DNA from: Mustelus asterias | Lineage: Eukaryota | Assembly: GCF_964213995.1 (NCBI RefSeq) | Contig: NC_135830.1 | Span: 13,516,001-13,580,000 of the forward strand | Direction of reading: 5' to 3' | Length of the DNA: 64,000 nt | Part shown: one piece after another, positions 1 to 12,877 of the stretch | How the letters are laid out: each line of letters starts with the position of its first letter | Position numbering within the stretch: position 1 is the stretch's first letter | Position numbers and translations under genes: made by a program | The notes under the pieces: generated by a model | What the model was told of the DNA's origin: nothing | Seen by the model: the letters and a program-made list of their open reading frames with translations, nothing else | The model's database searches: none

Positions 1-298
1 ACCCATTGTCGAGGGCAGTTGAGAGCTAAACACATTGCTGTGGCTCTGCAATCACATGTAGGTTAGATGAGGTAAGGACGGAATATTTCCTGCTTGAAAG
101 GACATTAATGAACCAGATAGGTTTTTACACAATCGACAATGATATCATGGTCGTAAGTAGATTCTTAATTCCAGACGTTTTTACTGAATTTAAATTCCAA
201 CATCTGCCGTGGCGGGATTCGAAGCCGGGTCCTGAGAACATTAGTTGAGTTTGTGGATTAATTGTCTAGCGATAATAACGCGAGGCCACTGCTTCCCT
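1..298 (-). mobile_element. tRNA-derived shark SINE (SacSINE1/Deu-like family), partial
   Basis: Clear similarity to copies at 9290-9630, 23385-23698, 33205-33505, 43330-43770 and 44420-44805 (shared CACATTGCTGTGG...CACATGTAGG...GGTAAGGACGG core). Family name by recognition. Confidence 0.7.
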
Positions 299-614
299 TC
301 TTCTTATATCCAGTCGCAAATTACAGTGATAGCTATCCACACCTGAAACACAATCATCCTAGCATTAAGTTACATAAATCGATAATAATTCTTCCAATGA
401 ATTATATTTCGCTGTAAAGTGTTAGAGACACAGAATTATTGCAAATCAGACTGACATCTTTACCCTGATAAGGTAATGTCATCTGTTTATGTCCATTCCC
501 TTGTGAAGGGGTGCAGAAATAAAGGCACTTAATTTACAATGAAATTGTTTCTTTTCTCTAACAGATGCTCAAATGCAATTTCACTCTTGGACGAGCAGAG
601 ACATGACAATGGAT

Positions 615-1580
615 TTCACTGTTACTCCCTCGGTGTTAGTCTGTCTCTGGAATGTTCCATTGCCAGCAATCAATTCACCGGGAATAATCCTTGGTGTTTT
701 TGATATATTTCATTTGATTTCATTTGACTTATTATTATCGCACATATTAGTGCACAGTGCAAATTATTGTTTCTTGCTCACGATACAGTCAGAACATAAC
801 GTATATAGGGAAGGAAGGGAGAGAGTGAATAATGTAATTTTGCAGTCATAGGTGGGGTGTAGAGAAAGATGAACTTAATGCGACGGAGGTCCATTCAAAC
901 GTCCGATTGCAGCAGGAGAGAAATTGTTTTTGAGTCGGTTTATACGTGTCCTCAGACTTTTGTATCTTGTTCCCGATGGAAAAAGGTGAGCGAGTATGTC
1001 CGGAGTGCGTGGCGTTTTATTTTCATAGGATTTTAGATATTTTTACAAGTGTCGAATCGGAGGTTGTGTTGACTCAGCGAGAGGCAGAAACTGGGCGTCC
1101 CTGAAACTCTTTGAGACTGACCTGCAAAGCCAACGCATTCAGTGTTGGCAGTAACTGGATGGTCTGGGTCCGACAGGTCCCTGAACAGTGTTTACAGTGT
1201 CTTCTTCAGTACGATAGTCTTGGGTCAACCTACAATTCCTCCGCCCCAGGGATTCAGAATCAATTTACTCCACCCGAAGACACTTCAAACAAAGTAAAGA
1301 GAAAATGCTGGAAAATCTCAGCAAGTCTGGCAGCACCTGTAAGGAGAGAGAAGAGCTTACTTTTCGATTAAAGATGACCCTTTGTCAAAACTTTGTCAAA
1401 AGGTCATCTGGATTCGAAATGTCAGCTATTTTCTTTCCTCACAGATATTGCCAGGCCTGCTGAGATTTTCCAACATTTTCTCTTTTTGTTTCAATTCCAG
1501 AATCCGCAGTAATTTGATTTTATACTTCAAACGAAATCGTCTCTTTGGAAATAACTGAAAACCGAAGATTCCTATCTTTA
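615..1580 (+). pseudogene. IgH VH pseudogene (remnant L-V intron plus V exon)
   Basis: Aligns by eye with the functional VH: intron tail 615-710 vs 11600-11695 and exon GAGGTTGTGTTGACTCAG at 1060. The acceptor region is altered (TTTTTACAAG), there is an in-frame TGA where the functional gene has GGA (about 1102), two insertions (about 711-1030 and 1291-1523), a decayed FR3, and no recognisable RSS. Confidence 0.85.
1291..1523. mobile_element. Palindromic (Penelope-like) insertion in VH pseudogene FR3 with 9-bp target-site duplication
   Basis: ACTTCAAAC flanks both sides (1282-1290, 1524-1532). Internal inverted arms AGAAAATGCTGGAAAATCTCAGCA.../...TGCTGAGATTTTCCAACATTTTCT. Related pieces at about 1820-1900, 8360-8462, 36290-36410 and 40535-40712. 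Confidence 0.7.
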
Positions 1581-2254
1581 CCCTGTCTGTTCTGCCTCGA
1601 CTCCAATTCCACTATGATGAAAATGACTCTTAGCCACTACTGAAATTGCCGGGCAGGCCATCCAGTTGTATCAAAGCTGCTATGGAAAAACAAATAATAA
1701 AATCATCCAGAGGGCAGGTTTCAACAAGCTGGTTCACAACAGCCTTCTCAGCAGGGAAAACTAAATGTTGGCTTTGTCAGTGATGCTCACATCCAGAGGA
1801 TCAATAACAACAGTGTAAAGTGCTGCCGATTCTGGAAATCTAAAACTAAAGTAACACAAATGCTACTCAGCAGGTCAGTGTACAGAGAACCAGATGCACA
1901 TTTAAAATCGATGCCAGGATGCAAAATCTCATTGATATAATTCTAAAGAGCAAGGCTCTTTCTCCCCAATATCCTACCTTAATACTGATTCTTCAAACAA
2001 AATCACAAATTTACTGGCAATTTATCGCATCTCGGTTTGTGGGAGTTTGTTGTACGTACATTACCTGTTGTATTTGCAACATGATAGCAATGACTAAATT
2101 CAGCAAAGGTACATCAGTGAGTTTTAAGAACTTTGGGACTACATGAAGTCGGGTAAAGGGTTCTATAAATGTAAGCTCTACCAAAATGAAAGTTGTCATA
2201 CGTTGGAAGTGCTGAGAGATTAATGCGAATATATTCATTCCTCTGCTGATCATA

Positions 2255-2735
2255 GCAGCATAGAATCAGAGAATCCAGTGCAGTGCAGTAGGAGGCCATT
2301 CGGTCCATCAAGTCTGCAGCTGCTCTCCAGCAGAGCATCCTATCCAGGCCCAGCCTTCAGCCTACCCCGACAACCTCACATATTCAGAGGCTAATGTCTC
2401 TAACCTACACATCGTTGGACACAAGGGGCAATTTAGAATCGCCAATCCACCTTGGGCCTGGGAATGATGCCCTGCTGGACAGCTGGTGCAGACTTGATGG
2501 TCTCCTTCTGCACTGTAGGGACTCTGTGATTCTACGTTGCTCATCCTTGGACTCAAAGGAGCAATTTACCATACCAATCCACCTAACCCATACATCCTTG
2601 GACTGTGGAAGGAAACTGGAGCACCGGAGGAAACTCACATGGACATGGTCGAATGTGAAAAACCACACACAGTCACCCAAGGTTGGAATCGAACCCGCTT
2701 CCCTGTCACTGTGAGGCAGCAATGCTACTTGTGTC
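2255..2735 (-). mobile_element. HE1-like shark SINE (composite/nested copies)
   Basis: Reverse strand resembles the GTGGAGTTTGCAC...GGTTTCCTCCGGTGCTCC...CCACAGTCCAA.GATGT.C.GGTTAGG core seen in several other copies in the window. Confidence 0.7.
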
Positions 2736-3569
2736 ACTTAGTGATAACCATACTGGACTGTTTATTCTTCCCTCGTGTGAGTCTGATCACTAATTATGAC
2801 AGGAATATTTCACACATCAGTTCTTTTTGTTTTAACTTGTCTAGTGGAAGCAATTTAGATCATCAATCAAATTAACATTCAGTGGAATACCAGCCTGTTC
2901 ACAGATACTTTATTTATTGTGACATCAGAACTTTCAGCACAAATTCTTAAATAGAATGTATTTATTCATTTAATTAAATAGCATCTGGTGTAATGTATGT
3001 TAAAAAGGTTTCTATTCCTTTTGAACCAACTGTTAATATTCTTAAAATAACCGCTATTTTGAGTTGAAACTAATGAATAAGTGACGGTTTATCTGTTTTT
3101 GCTGCCATGAACATTTCATTGTAAACAGTGAGGTATTTATGTAAATAAACACAGAAATAGAAATCCCAGATTAGATTGTTGACTGACAAAAACACAACAA
3201 ATATTTCCCCACCAACACAGCACAGAAATAGAGACAAACATGCAAATCGATCAACGGATTCCAGAAATGATTGTTTTTATACATTAGTTATTCATCAATT
3301 ATATGAAGAAAAAATATCATGACAATATCTATGTTAAGAATGAGCAAAGAATCCCTCTGATCCCGAAATGTGATAACACGGCAAATGTGTTCGTGGAAAT
3401 TCCCTGTGTTTCATCTCTCTCTCTCTCTGTCTTTCTCCTTCTGGTTCTGTGTCTTGTCTCTTCACGATAATTCATCGTCTTCCCTCCACAATCTGAATTC
3501 AATGTTGCCCAATGTATTCTCTCAGCCAGAGTAGTAAGGAATGCAACGCAATGAATTGGAATCCATGAG

Positions 3570-4200
3570 GGAGATTTACCCTAAAAGATCTCTTGAGCAT
3601 TCTATGAACTTGGGATATTTTATACATTTTCCTCTGTATCTAACCTGTGTTGTACCTCGTAACAAGGATTCGATGTGGCAGTACCAAATAAATTTTCCCT
3701 GTATTTATCCCTGCCCTTGGACTGTTTGACTGGACAGTGTAGAGGAATATTTAGTCTGCATCTAAACTCACGTACCTGCCCTTTGAATGTTTGATATTAC
3801 TTGTAAAGGGAGATTTAATCCGTATGTAATCTCTGCTGTACCTGACCTGGGTGTATTTTATGGGACTGTGTCGAGGGATCTTCCCCCTCTAAAGAACACC
3901 AATTCAAACTTGCCTCCCGATTCTCTGAAGGAAAAATGCAGAAGTGGTTTTACCTAGAAGAGAGTCCCTGGTCTGTTTGCCTTCATTGTGTTTGAGCAGA
4001 CTTTGTAGAGGGAGTTTCACTCTGTTTCTAGACAGTCTCCCTTTTCCAGGAATGTTTTATTTTTATAGTGAGAGGGAGGTTCACTTTGTATCTAAATCAT
4101 GCTATTCCTGACTTGGGAGTGTTAAATTTGGCAATGCATGGGGGAACTTAACAGCTAACCCCATGTTACTCCTGTCCTGTGAATTTTTGATGGGGCAGTA
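3570..4200. repeat. Degenerate tandem repeat of about 60-65 bp (GGGAGTGTTTGATGGGACAGTGTAGAGGGAGCTTTACTCTGTATCTAACC-like)
   Basis: Recurring GTAGAGGGAG.TT.ACTCTGTATCTAA...TACCTG.CCT.GG motif. Confidence 0.65.
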
Positions 4201-4229
4201 GGCCGTCTCTCCAGATTTCATGGGGATTG

Positions 4230-5900
4230 AACCAGTCTCTTTATTAGACAGTAAATTTACCCTGTGTCAGCTTCTATTATATAAGGTCATGCCTCGGTTT
4301 ATGTTGCAGTGGACCCTATCTCTGCACATAATAAACGAGGTGCTTTCTCTGATTCTACTAAATTCGACCTTGTCCCTGTTTATATTATACATCAACATGT
4401 TTCAGCTTATATCAAACTAGACGCTGTATCGGTTTTTATTAATTTAGACCTGTCTCTGTTTGTATTAAACTATTTGGAGCCTTATTTCTGCATTTGACCC
4501 TATCCACGTTTATATTGCATTGGACATGGTCTCAGTTTTTACTGCACTGGACAATGCCAGTAATGAGGAAAGTGTTTAGGGGGACACAATTCTCTGCATT
4601 CTCCTAAACATGGAACGCTATGAGGTCTTTGGCACTGGAAAAGAAGCAGTGTTATCTGAAATCTACTTCTGCTGACTGCATTGAAAATGGTTACTAAGAC
4701 CTGTATAGCATTCACTGTCAACACAGAACAAAGAACAAGGAAAGTTACTGCAGAGGAGCAGGCCCTTCAGCACTGGAAGCCCGCACCGACCAAATACTGT
4801 CGACCCAATACTGCCTGTTTCAGAATCCTGCCAGAGACCACTGTTTTTCATCCAACATAATATCTCTTCTTCTCGTAGAACCGTGGAGGAATGCAGACAT
4901 AATTCAAATAGAGGCAAAGTTAAGTGCAGGCGTAACACTGACACAGTCTAGTGAAATATGTACAGGGTCAGGATCAAGTATTACTGAACCAGAGAGTGTG
5001 GCTCGTGCAATATAAACTGATTTCTAGTCTAGCAGTGTATTAACAGAGACAGAATCTAATTTAACATAAACGGGGTCCTGATCCAGCAAAATAGAAATGG
5101 GTTTGTTCCGAGTGCCATGTAGGGATGGTCAAAGGCCAAATGCTGATCTTTTCAGTGACATCCATATCCCATGAAACAAACATTACAAATATATATGACA
5201 ATGTCGAGGAAAATAAAACTGAGACAGTGTCTAGTGCGGTTTTACTGGACATAGGAGCTTGTGCATATAAACTGAGACAGAGCCCAGTAATTAATGAAAC
5301 TGGACCTAAATTTCTTTAGACTGAGACGGAGTCAAGTGCATTAATAATAATGACTAATAGATACAGGACAGTGACAGATGTAAACTGAGACAGAGTCCAG
5401 TGTATTAGTAATGATTACTGATACAGTACCTAGACTGATGTAAACTGAGACAGAGCCCAGTTTATTTGTAACAATTACTGGGACAGGGCCTAGACTGAGA
5501 CACACTAAGATACGGACAATGCAGCAATTAGGAGGTATTGCAAAATGCAATTATAGCTGAGACGTGACATAGTCTTAAATAAATAAACACATGGACGGGT
5601 GCAGCATTAACGTAAACAGGATCTAGTTTATCAAAATCTAATGAACTCTTAGCATAATATCTGTGACAGAACCATGTGTCATGCATGAAGCAGTTGCTCC
5701 AGTTTAGTATGCAGTGGCAAATGTTCTGAGGCAGTAAGAATCGAGACACGGCCTCTTGTCAGATCAGCAGAAGCATGGCTCAGTACCGCCATAACTTAGA
5801 AACTATAATAAAAACAGGGCCTGTGTCTCATATACGAACACCTGTTATTGAGCCAAGTGCAGGAAATAGCTTAGACACGACCTCCTGGAATATGATCCAG
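4230..5900. repeat. Two oppositely oriented arrays of a degenerate minisatellite of about 27 bp
   Basis: 4230-4555 has GACCCTGTCTCAGTTTATATT-like units. 4940-5900 has the reverse complement, AATATAAACTGAGACAG.GTC.AG. Confidence 0.6.
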
Positions 5901-7554
5901 GCACAGCCTACTGGAATAGACAGAGGCAGAAGCTAGTTGAATATAGGCAAAGATATGGTATGTTTAAAATTGTTGTGATTTTGATGTCACTGGGAAAGTC
6001 AGCTTTTGTTGCCAAACCATGAATTCTTTTGAGAATGTGGTGGCAAGCTTTGGGAAGCTGGTGGGTGGGGTGTTTTTCGACCCAGCTACTTTCTCCAGAA
6101 TGACATTGAGCTTTTGAGTGGCACAAGTCAGGCAAGGAGAGAATATTCAATCATTTGTGTCGGCACAGACTTGGTGGGCCGAAGGGCCTGTTCCTGTGCT
6201 TGACTGTTCTGTGATATTTGTTCATACTCCTGTCTTTTGCCTTGTAGACGATGGATAGGAGTTGGGAATTCAGGAGGTGCGTTGTTCACTGCAGAACTCC
6301 GAGCGTCTGACCTGCTCCTATGGCCACATGATTTAAACGTCTGTCTCCGTTCAGATTTTCACGAATTATAATTCCCAGGATGTTGATAGTGGGCGAATTC
6401 AGCGATGGGTAATGCCATTTAATGTCATGGGGAGTGGTTTGGAATCTTCCTCATTGGAGACTGTCATTGCCTGCCACTTGTGGTGCATTAATGTTCCTTG
6501 CCATTCATTAGCCAAAGACTGAATGTTTTCTAAGTCTTACTGCATATGGGCACAGACTGTGTCAGTAACTGAGGAGTCGCAACTGGTGCGGAACTTTGTG
6601 CAATCACCTGTGAAAATCCCACTTCTGAACTTTGATGAAGGCTGAAGCTTGGGGCTAGGTCACTACCTGAAGAATTCCTGCAGCAATGCGTGTGACTGGC
6701 ATGATTGGCCATCAACAACCACCTTCCTTTGTGCTCAGCATGACTCAGGCAGTGGACTCTGTTCCCCCTGATTCCCATTGACTGCAGTTTCGCTCGGGTC
6801 CTTGATGCCACAAACGGTCAGATGCTCTGTCGATGTCAAGGGCAGGCACTCTCTATTCACCTTTTTAATTTATGTTTTTAAATCAATATTTGGACTCTTT
6901 CCAAATCATTTCTGGAATCGAGTGCTCCGTGCGGGAACCAAATTGAGCATCTTGGTGTGTGTGTGTGTTATGTGAAATACATCGTGTTTTATACAAATTA
7001 ATTCCACAATGATCACTTGCATCCTTCCATTTACACTACATGATGGACACACAATAAACACATCCAATTCAGATTGGCTTCCTTTACATATGTCACCTTT
7101 TCTAATGATTGAGGAGGCCAATTTTTGAAAAGTTAGTTCGGCCACAAGTGCTGCCCATTAAGCTACCATTCGTCATTGTGTGTTATCGTTTTTGTATCAT
7201 GAATGGATATTAGGAGCTTTGGTGTAGAGCCAGTTATCACCAAAATCCTGTATTCCTTGCCCTGCTGACGGTGTTCAATATCTTCGCGAGATTGGCCGAA
7301 GTACGTTAAAGATATGGACACATATGGAACATGGAGAAGTTGTTGGCTGGAGTAAATGTTCCAACACAGTCACTACACTGCACATCAGGAACACCCGGTC
7401 TGCAAGCAGATGATGTACTTCAAGTGTGACCCCAGCAAAGATCTTACCCGTGATGTTATGACTGAGATATGTCGGTAGTTGTAATAGTCTCTTCCATCGG
7501 TTTACTTTGCAAAAAGTGTGATGAATTTGAACCATGCCTGCATTATGGAATGAT

Positions 7555-7865
7555 GGGTGCCATGGTGGCACAGTGGTTAGCTCTGTTGCCTCACAGTGCT
7601 AGGGCCACTGGTTTGGTTCCGGCTTGGGTTGGTGTCTGTGCGGAGCCTGTACATTCTCCACGTTTATGCGGGGATTTCTTCTGGGTGGTCCAGTTTCCTG
7701 CACAGTCCGAAAAGGCATGCTGGTAATTTGTACTGGCCAGTCTAAATTCTCCCTCAGTGTACCCGAACAGAAGCTACAGTGTGGCGACTCAGGGGTTTTA
7801 CAGTGACTTCATTGCCGTGTTAATGTAAGCCTACTTGTGACATTAATAAATGAACTACAAACCTT
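7555..7865 (+). mobile_element. HE1-like SINE
   Basis: tRNA-like head GGTGGCACAGTGGTTAGC..TG.TGCCTCACAG followed by the family core. Confidence 0.65.
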
Positions 7866-9289
7866 AAATCTTCCAGCAAATAAGGAGAATGTCATAAATG
7901 TTCAGAAAGATAGTAATTATTTTCACCAATGACCATCCATTCGCAATTTAATAAATGCATTCACCAATTCTCATTCATTCACAAAGGTTAGTCTATTTAA
8001 AATTACTTGATGGAAGGTGGGCGACTGTCTAAGCTATAATTTAATAGAGTCAAAGTTTCGAGTCGGGACGACCCTTTTTTTCATTTGGGGGAAATTGAAG
8101 AGGGTGATGACATTGGGAAATGATGAGGTGGAAAGGGATTAGGATATAGTTAGCGATTGAGATGTTGATTAGGTTAGTTAGCATGGAGAACTTGATTTTT
8201 GGGATCGGTATGTAAATTGATGAAACTTGTGTGTGGCTCGAAATCGTGCATATAATTAAACAGTATCTATTTGAACTATTCCCATTTCACAGGAAAGTTA
8301 TGCAGCTTCTCTGACACCCTGTTAGAAACAATGATGATCTCTCCAACGCATCAGGAATACTCTGCCGAAGCGTCATCCAGACTCGAAACGTTGGCTCTAT
8401 TCTGTCTCCACAGATGCTGTCAGACCTGCTGAGATTTTCCAGCATTTTCTGTTTGTTTCCAGTATTTCCTTCTATACAACTTTGCTTTGAATAATTTATT
8501 GATATTAACATTTATTGACACCTTTTTGTCACCAAGGATAAAATCTGTCCCAGAATTCAGTTGGAAATTGAATGAATACAGACCGAGGATCATGAGTAGC
8601 GACCCAGCAGACTCTGCGCTTTAAACTCCTGAATCATAACTGGTGTGATGATTTCCAAAGTAATCATACTAATTAAACAACCTGCACCAAATATGATTTT
8701 ACTGAATCTTTAAATCCCGATTCATTATTACACGGTTTTGGGAAATAATGTAACACTTGTAGTTGTCCAGTGAGTTTCACAATATATCTGTTGCCACATT
8801 ATTTATTTTACAGCTTGTTACCTTCACTAATTTGGGTGAGGGCATGGTGAGTAATTTGCTGCACATGTTTCAAATATTACAATCCTCCCTCCTCAGCCAA
8901 ATCATGTTCCCTCTTTCGATCTTGGATATGAATATTCAGCATCAGCAGAGAAATGAACCATCCGTGCCGCAGGAAAATCCCCTCTTCTTTTCGTGAGGAT
9001 CAGCTTGCTAACTCCCTCGAAAATCGGGTTTGATTTCACCCAGACCTTCTGGAAGTATTGAAGTTATTACACTGACAGAAATGGAAACAAGGAACTGTTT
9101 CAATTTATGAACCAGTCAAGTACAAATATGGGAATGTGGAACAGCATCTTTCAGTACCATTTAACAATGCATCCATCAATCCGTTCACTGATTCCTCAAT
9201 CAAAATATTCAGGCATCCAACTAATATTCATATCATTCATTCAACGGTCATTCATTCTTGCATCAACACAGTCATTCATTTATTGTTTG

Positions 9290-9630
9290 CGCAGATGGTG
9301 ACGTAATATTAATTGAAGTGGCCCAGTGATCCAGAGGCCCAGGACAATGATGTGGGGACAGGGATTTAAATCGGAGCATTGCAGCTGGTGGAATTTGAAT
9401 TCAATTAATAAATAAGGAACAGATGCTAATGGCGACCATCGGACCGTCTCTGATTCCCCAATGAGTGAAATCTGCCATCGCTACCTGGTCTCACAAGGAT
9501 GTGACTCCAGATGGACAGCAAAATAGCTGACTCCTTAATATGTTCAGAAGTGGCCTAGAAAACCACTCAGTTCAAGGGAATTTGGGAAAGACAAAAAGTG
9601 CCGGTCTTTGCATCCAAACATCCCATGGAA
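9290..9630 (+). mobile_element. SacSINE1-like SINE
   Basis: GGTGGAATTTGAATTCAAT...GAAATCTGCCATC...GTGACTCCAGA core shared with other copies. Confidence 0.6.
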
Positions 9631-11379
9631 AGATAAAGGGAAAGAAAATACAAACATACATGTTCATGTATCGTCTCTCTGAGACATTTCTCATTTTGTC
9701 TGTAATTCTTTCTATCCATCTATCACAATATCCTGATGTGTTGGAAAAATCATCATTGTTGCTAACAGGGTGCCAGAGAAGCTGCATGACTTTCCTTTCA
9801 TTAGAGATGGGCAAAATTCATCTAGATTTACAACTTTAAAAAATTAAAGTGCCTCCAGTACTGTTGCTGGGTAGATTTATTTATAAATAGGCCTCATTGA
9901 CAATGTGAAGGGTTTGAAGTTGGCTTGCAGCCAAGCGGTCAGTACTGAGGAAACAGATCTTTGTTCTGCTGCACAACACCCCCAGATGCTTCCTGTCAAT
10001 AACTTTGTGCATTTGACAGCAGCCTGGATTGCTGCCAAATACTGTGTGGGACAGATTAGCGTGAACCTAAACGGACAAAATGGGATTCAGCATTTAAACA
10101 ATAAATGTTTCATTCCCACAAGAATGACACATTTTAAATCGTAATCATTCTAATCAAATATTTTCATTCAATGGCCTGTTCATTATGTGAGTAAATAGTA
10201 TCGCAAAACAATAAAGTGACCAGATGCTTTTTCATTTGTATAACTTCCAAATAAATGTCATTCCAATTATTAAAGTCTGTTTATTAACTCCTTCATGAAA
10301 TACGAGAGAGAGATGTTGATGGTCCCAATTCCCCAGTCAATTGAAATCAGTGCAATTGCATAAAATGCATCGAAATAATATTAAGGGAACATCATAAAAC
10401 TGACATGAACAGCGGGAATTCCTGGAATATTCTGAACGTTCTGTTTCACACTTAAACAGCAGCGTCTCTTGTACCTGATTAACACCCTATTCTACTGTAC
10501 AGTATAATCTGATTCCTGTTATTGAAGAGTTCCAATCATAGCTGCCAATGAGTGGAGAAATGATCAGTTCATAACCTGATTCAATGGAAGATAAAACATT
10601 TATTCATGTGATATTGTGCAATGTGCCGCAAAGCCCTGATATCCTGTGTTCGCAATACCAGCGAATGTTAGACAGCCGGTGGCCGATAGAGTGACCTGCA
10701 ATGATTTGGCTGCTGAAGGAGAACTTTAATGATCTTCGTGTCCGTTCCATTCATTAACTTCTCTGTCAAAAGTCGATGTTAATTTTATGTTTCTCTCTCA
10801 ACTCACTACTTAATTATCAGGAGGGCAGGGTTCTTATTATTTTCAAAGGGCTGTCTTCGAGATTGGGGCAGTTTGACAAATATAAGGAGAAACATTGTAT
10901 TGTGTGAGAGTTTCTTCTCATCTCCAAACCCAAATTGTACAGTGAAAGCCATCCGCACTGTAAATGCAATCACTTTGTTCATACTCCGCATTTAGTTACA
11001 GAAATCGGTAAAAATTCTTCTGATAAATGATGCTTTATTATTGTGATGTGACAGAGACCCGGAATTGTTGCAACACAGATTGACGGTCTCTTTATTTTCC
11101 AAAACTGTTATTTCATCATTTTTAGATTTGTGTTCTTCTTGGGGCGTGGTAATAAAATCACCATATTTACAATGGTATTAGTTATTTTAAATAAAGAAAT
11201 GATGAACTGCAATATCACCATCAGAAATAATGGAGACAATACAATGGACATATTCAGCCAAACAAATATCCCGACTCAGATAAAGTGTCCATTTTAATAT
11301 TCACCTATTGTAAATCTGGAAGTCCATTCTGTTGGGGTGTGGAAGGTGGGACCTGGATCCAGTTACCGCCTCCAGCAGG

Positions 11380-11432
11380 GAATCAACAGGCGGCGCCTGG
11401 AAAGCCGCCCCCTACTGCCGGGTATTTAAATG
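11380..11432 (+). promoter_or_regulatory. VH promoter: GC-rich box plus TATA-like TATTTAAA; no octamer
   Basis: TATTTAAA at 11423-11430, about 90 bp before the leader ATG. GCCGCCCCCTACTGC at 11404-11418. No ATGCAAAT seen in the preceding 400 bp, consistent with shark IgH promoters lacking the octamer. Confidence 0.55.
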
Positions 11433-11521
11433 CCGCTCACTGGGACCGGAATCCAACAGTCCGGGAGGTGGTTTGTTAATTGAGTTCCTGACACAACCAT
11501 TTCCCCCAAATCACCAGAAGG

Positions 11522-11567
11522 ATGAGGTCGGCGATTTCTCTCAGTTTGTTGCTGACTTTCTTATCCG
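11522..11567 (+). CDS. IGHV: IgM heavy chain leader exon (MRSAISLSLLLTFLS-G)
   Basis: ATG at 11522, hydrophobic signal peptide, phase-1 donor G|GTGAGT. Confidence 0.93.
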
Positions 11568-11699
11568 GTGAGTAGTTTTTTTTCATTGTCTAAGTCTCCC
11601 ACAGTTACTGTCTCAGTTTTAGTCCATCTCTGTAATATTCCAGAGTCACAAATCATTTCACCAGGATTAATCCTCGGGTTTTTTGATCTATTTTTACAG

Positions 11700-12004
11700 G
11701 TGTCCAGTCGGAGGTTGTGTTGACTCAGCCAGAGGCAGAGACCGGGCGTCCCGGAGGCTCCCTGACACTGACCTGTAAAACCAGCGGCTTCAGTCTTAGC
11801 AGCGCTTACATGAACTGGATCCGACAGGTTCCAGGACAGGGGTTGGAGTGGCTGGTTTACTACCGTACTTCATCCAGCAACAGCTACGCCCCAGCAATTA
11901 AGGATCGATTTACTGCGTCTAAAGACACTTCAACCAACATCTTCTCTTTGGAGATGACAAGGCTGAAGACCGAAGACACCGCCATCTATTACTGTGCAAG
12001 AGAC
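11700..12004 (+). CDS. IGHV: VH exon ([13 protein letters not shown]...[12 protein letters not shown]...[10 protein letters not shown])
   Basis: Acceptor TTTTTACAG|G, open frame with canonical Cys, Trp and YYC, followed directly by an RSS. Confidence 0.96.
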
Positions 12005-12043
12005 CACAGCGAGAGGAACCAGGGATGGACCCGAACAAGAACA
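12005..12043 (+). other. VH 23-RSS (CACAGCG-23-ACAAGAACA)
   Basis: Heptamer 12005-12011, 23-nt spacer, nonamer 12035-12043. Confidence 0.9.
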
Positions 12044-12415
12044 GCTCGAGAGGAAATTCTGCAACTTTCATCATAACCTGAAGGTCAGTATCTGTTTTAA
12101 ATATAACACTAACGACAGTGATCAGAAGCAAAACACAAACTGCTTCTGACAAACCCAACTTAGTGAAAATTAAACATTAAACCAAGAAAACACACAGACA
12201 TAATGGGCTGAGCTTTTCACTCTGTTTATATTTACTGTTAACAGTTTCAGCAATTACACACCTGGATATAATGCTCGTTTTAATATTTCTGATACTTGGA
12301 GGAGATGTTTTTAGATTGTGTTTTGTAAACTGTTGCATGAAGTGTAAATTACATCACGAATAATGGTCTATTTGAAGTGAATATTGAGCGGCAGTACTGA
12401 ACAGAGAGTAAGTGC

Positions 12416-12495
12416 AGTTTTTGTGCGAGTGTCTGTCACTGTGATACAGCAGTGGGTCACAGTGCTGAGCACAGCGACATCCTCATACAAAAACC
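12416..12495 (+). other. IGHD: D1 segment ATACAGCAGTGGGT (12444-12457) with 5' 12-RSS and 3' 22-RSS
   Basis: AGTTTTTGT-12-CACTGTG | D | CACAGTG-22-ACAAAAACC. Confidence 0.93.
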
Positions 12496-12808
12496 TCATG
12501 GAAAGAGATCGCTCAAATTGGTGATCAGCACCACAGCAGGATTTTCAAAGTAAAAGAGGCTTCAATGAAATAATGCGCAGAAGCAATATTAGTTTGTGAA
12601 AAGGTATAAAAATCTTCCCGTAAAATCTGTGTTGAACGATATGCTAAATCTACATAGAGGGTTTAAAAGCATTCCGATACCCTTTGTAAATATAATGACT
12701 TGGACAAGCTACAATATCTCACTCATTCGCTCTTAGAAGAGGCAGAATCAGATTTTTGAGAGAGCAGTGAAATTAAATCTCTGTATTTTACAGTTAGCAG
12801 TCAGACTC

Positions 12809-12877
12809 AGTATTTGTCATGCTGTGTCTCACTGTGATAACTGGGGTGGCACAACAGTTACTGTCAATACAAAAACC
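12809..12877 (+). other. IGHD: D2 segment ATAACTGGGGTGG (12837-12849) with 12/12 RSS
   Basis: AGTATTTGT-12-CACTGTG | D | CACAACA-12-ACAAAAACC. Confidence 0.9.

Noticed and set aside
3240-3247. Octamer ATGCAAAT (also at 26212-26219)
   Set aside because: Far from the VH promoter and isolated. An 8-mer is expected by chance in AT-rich DNA of this length.
6200-7530. Possible decayed retroelement coding fragments
   Set aside because: They look repeat-derived, but no motif is clear enough to assign family or boundaries by eye.
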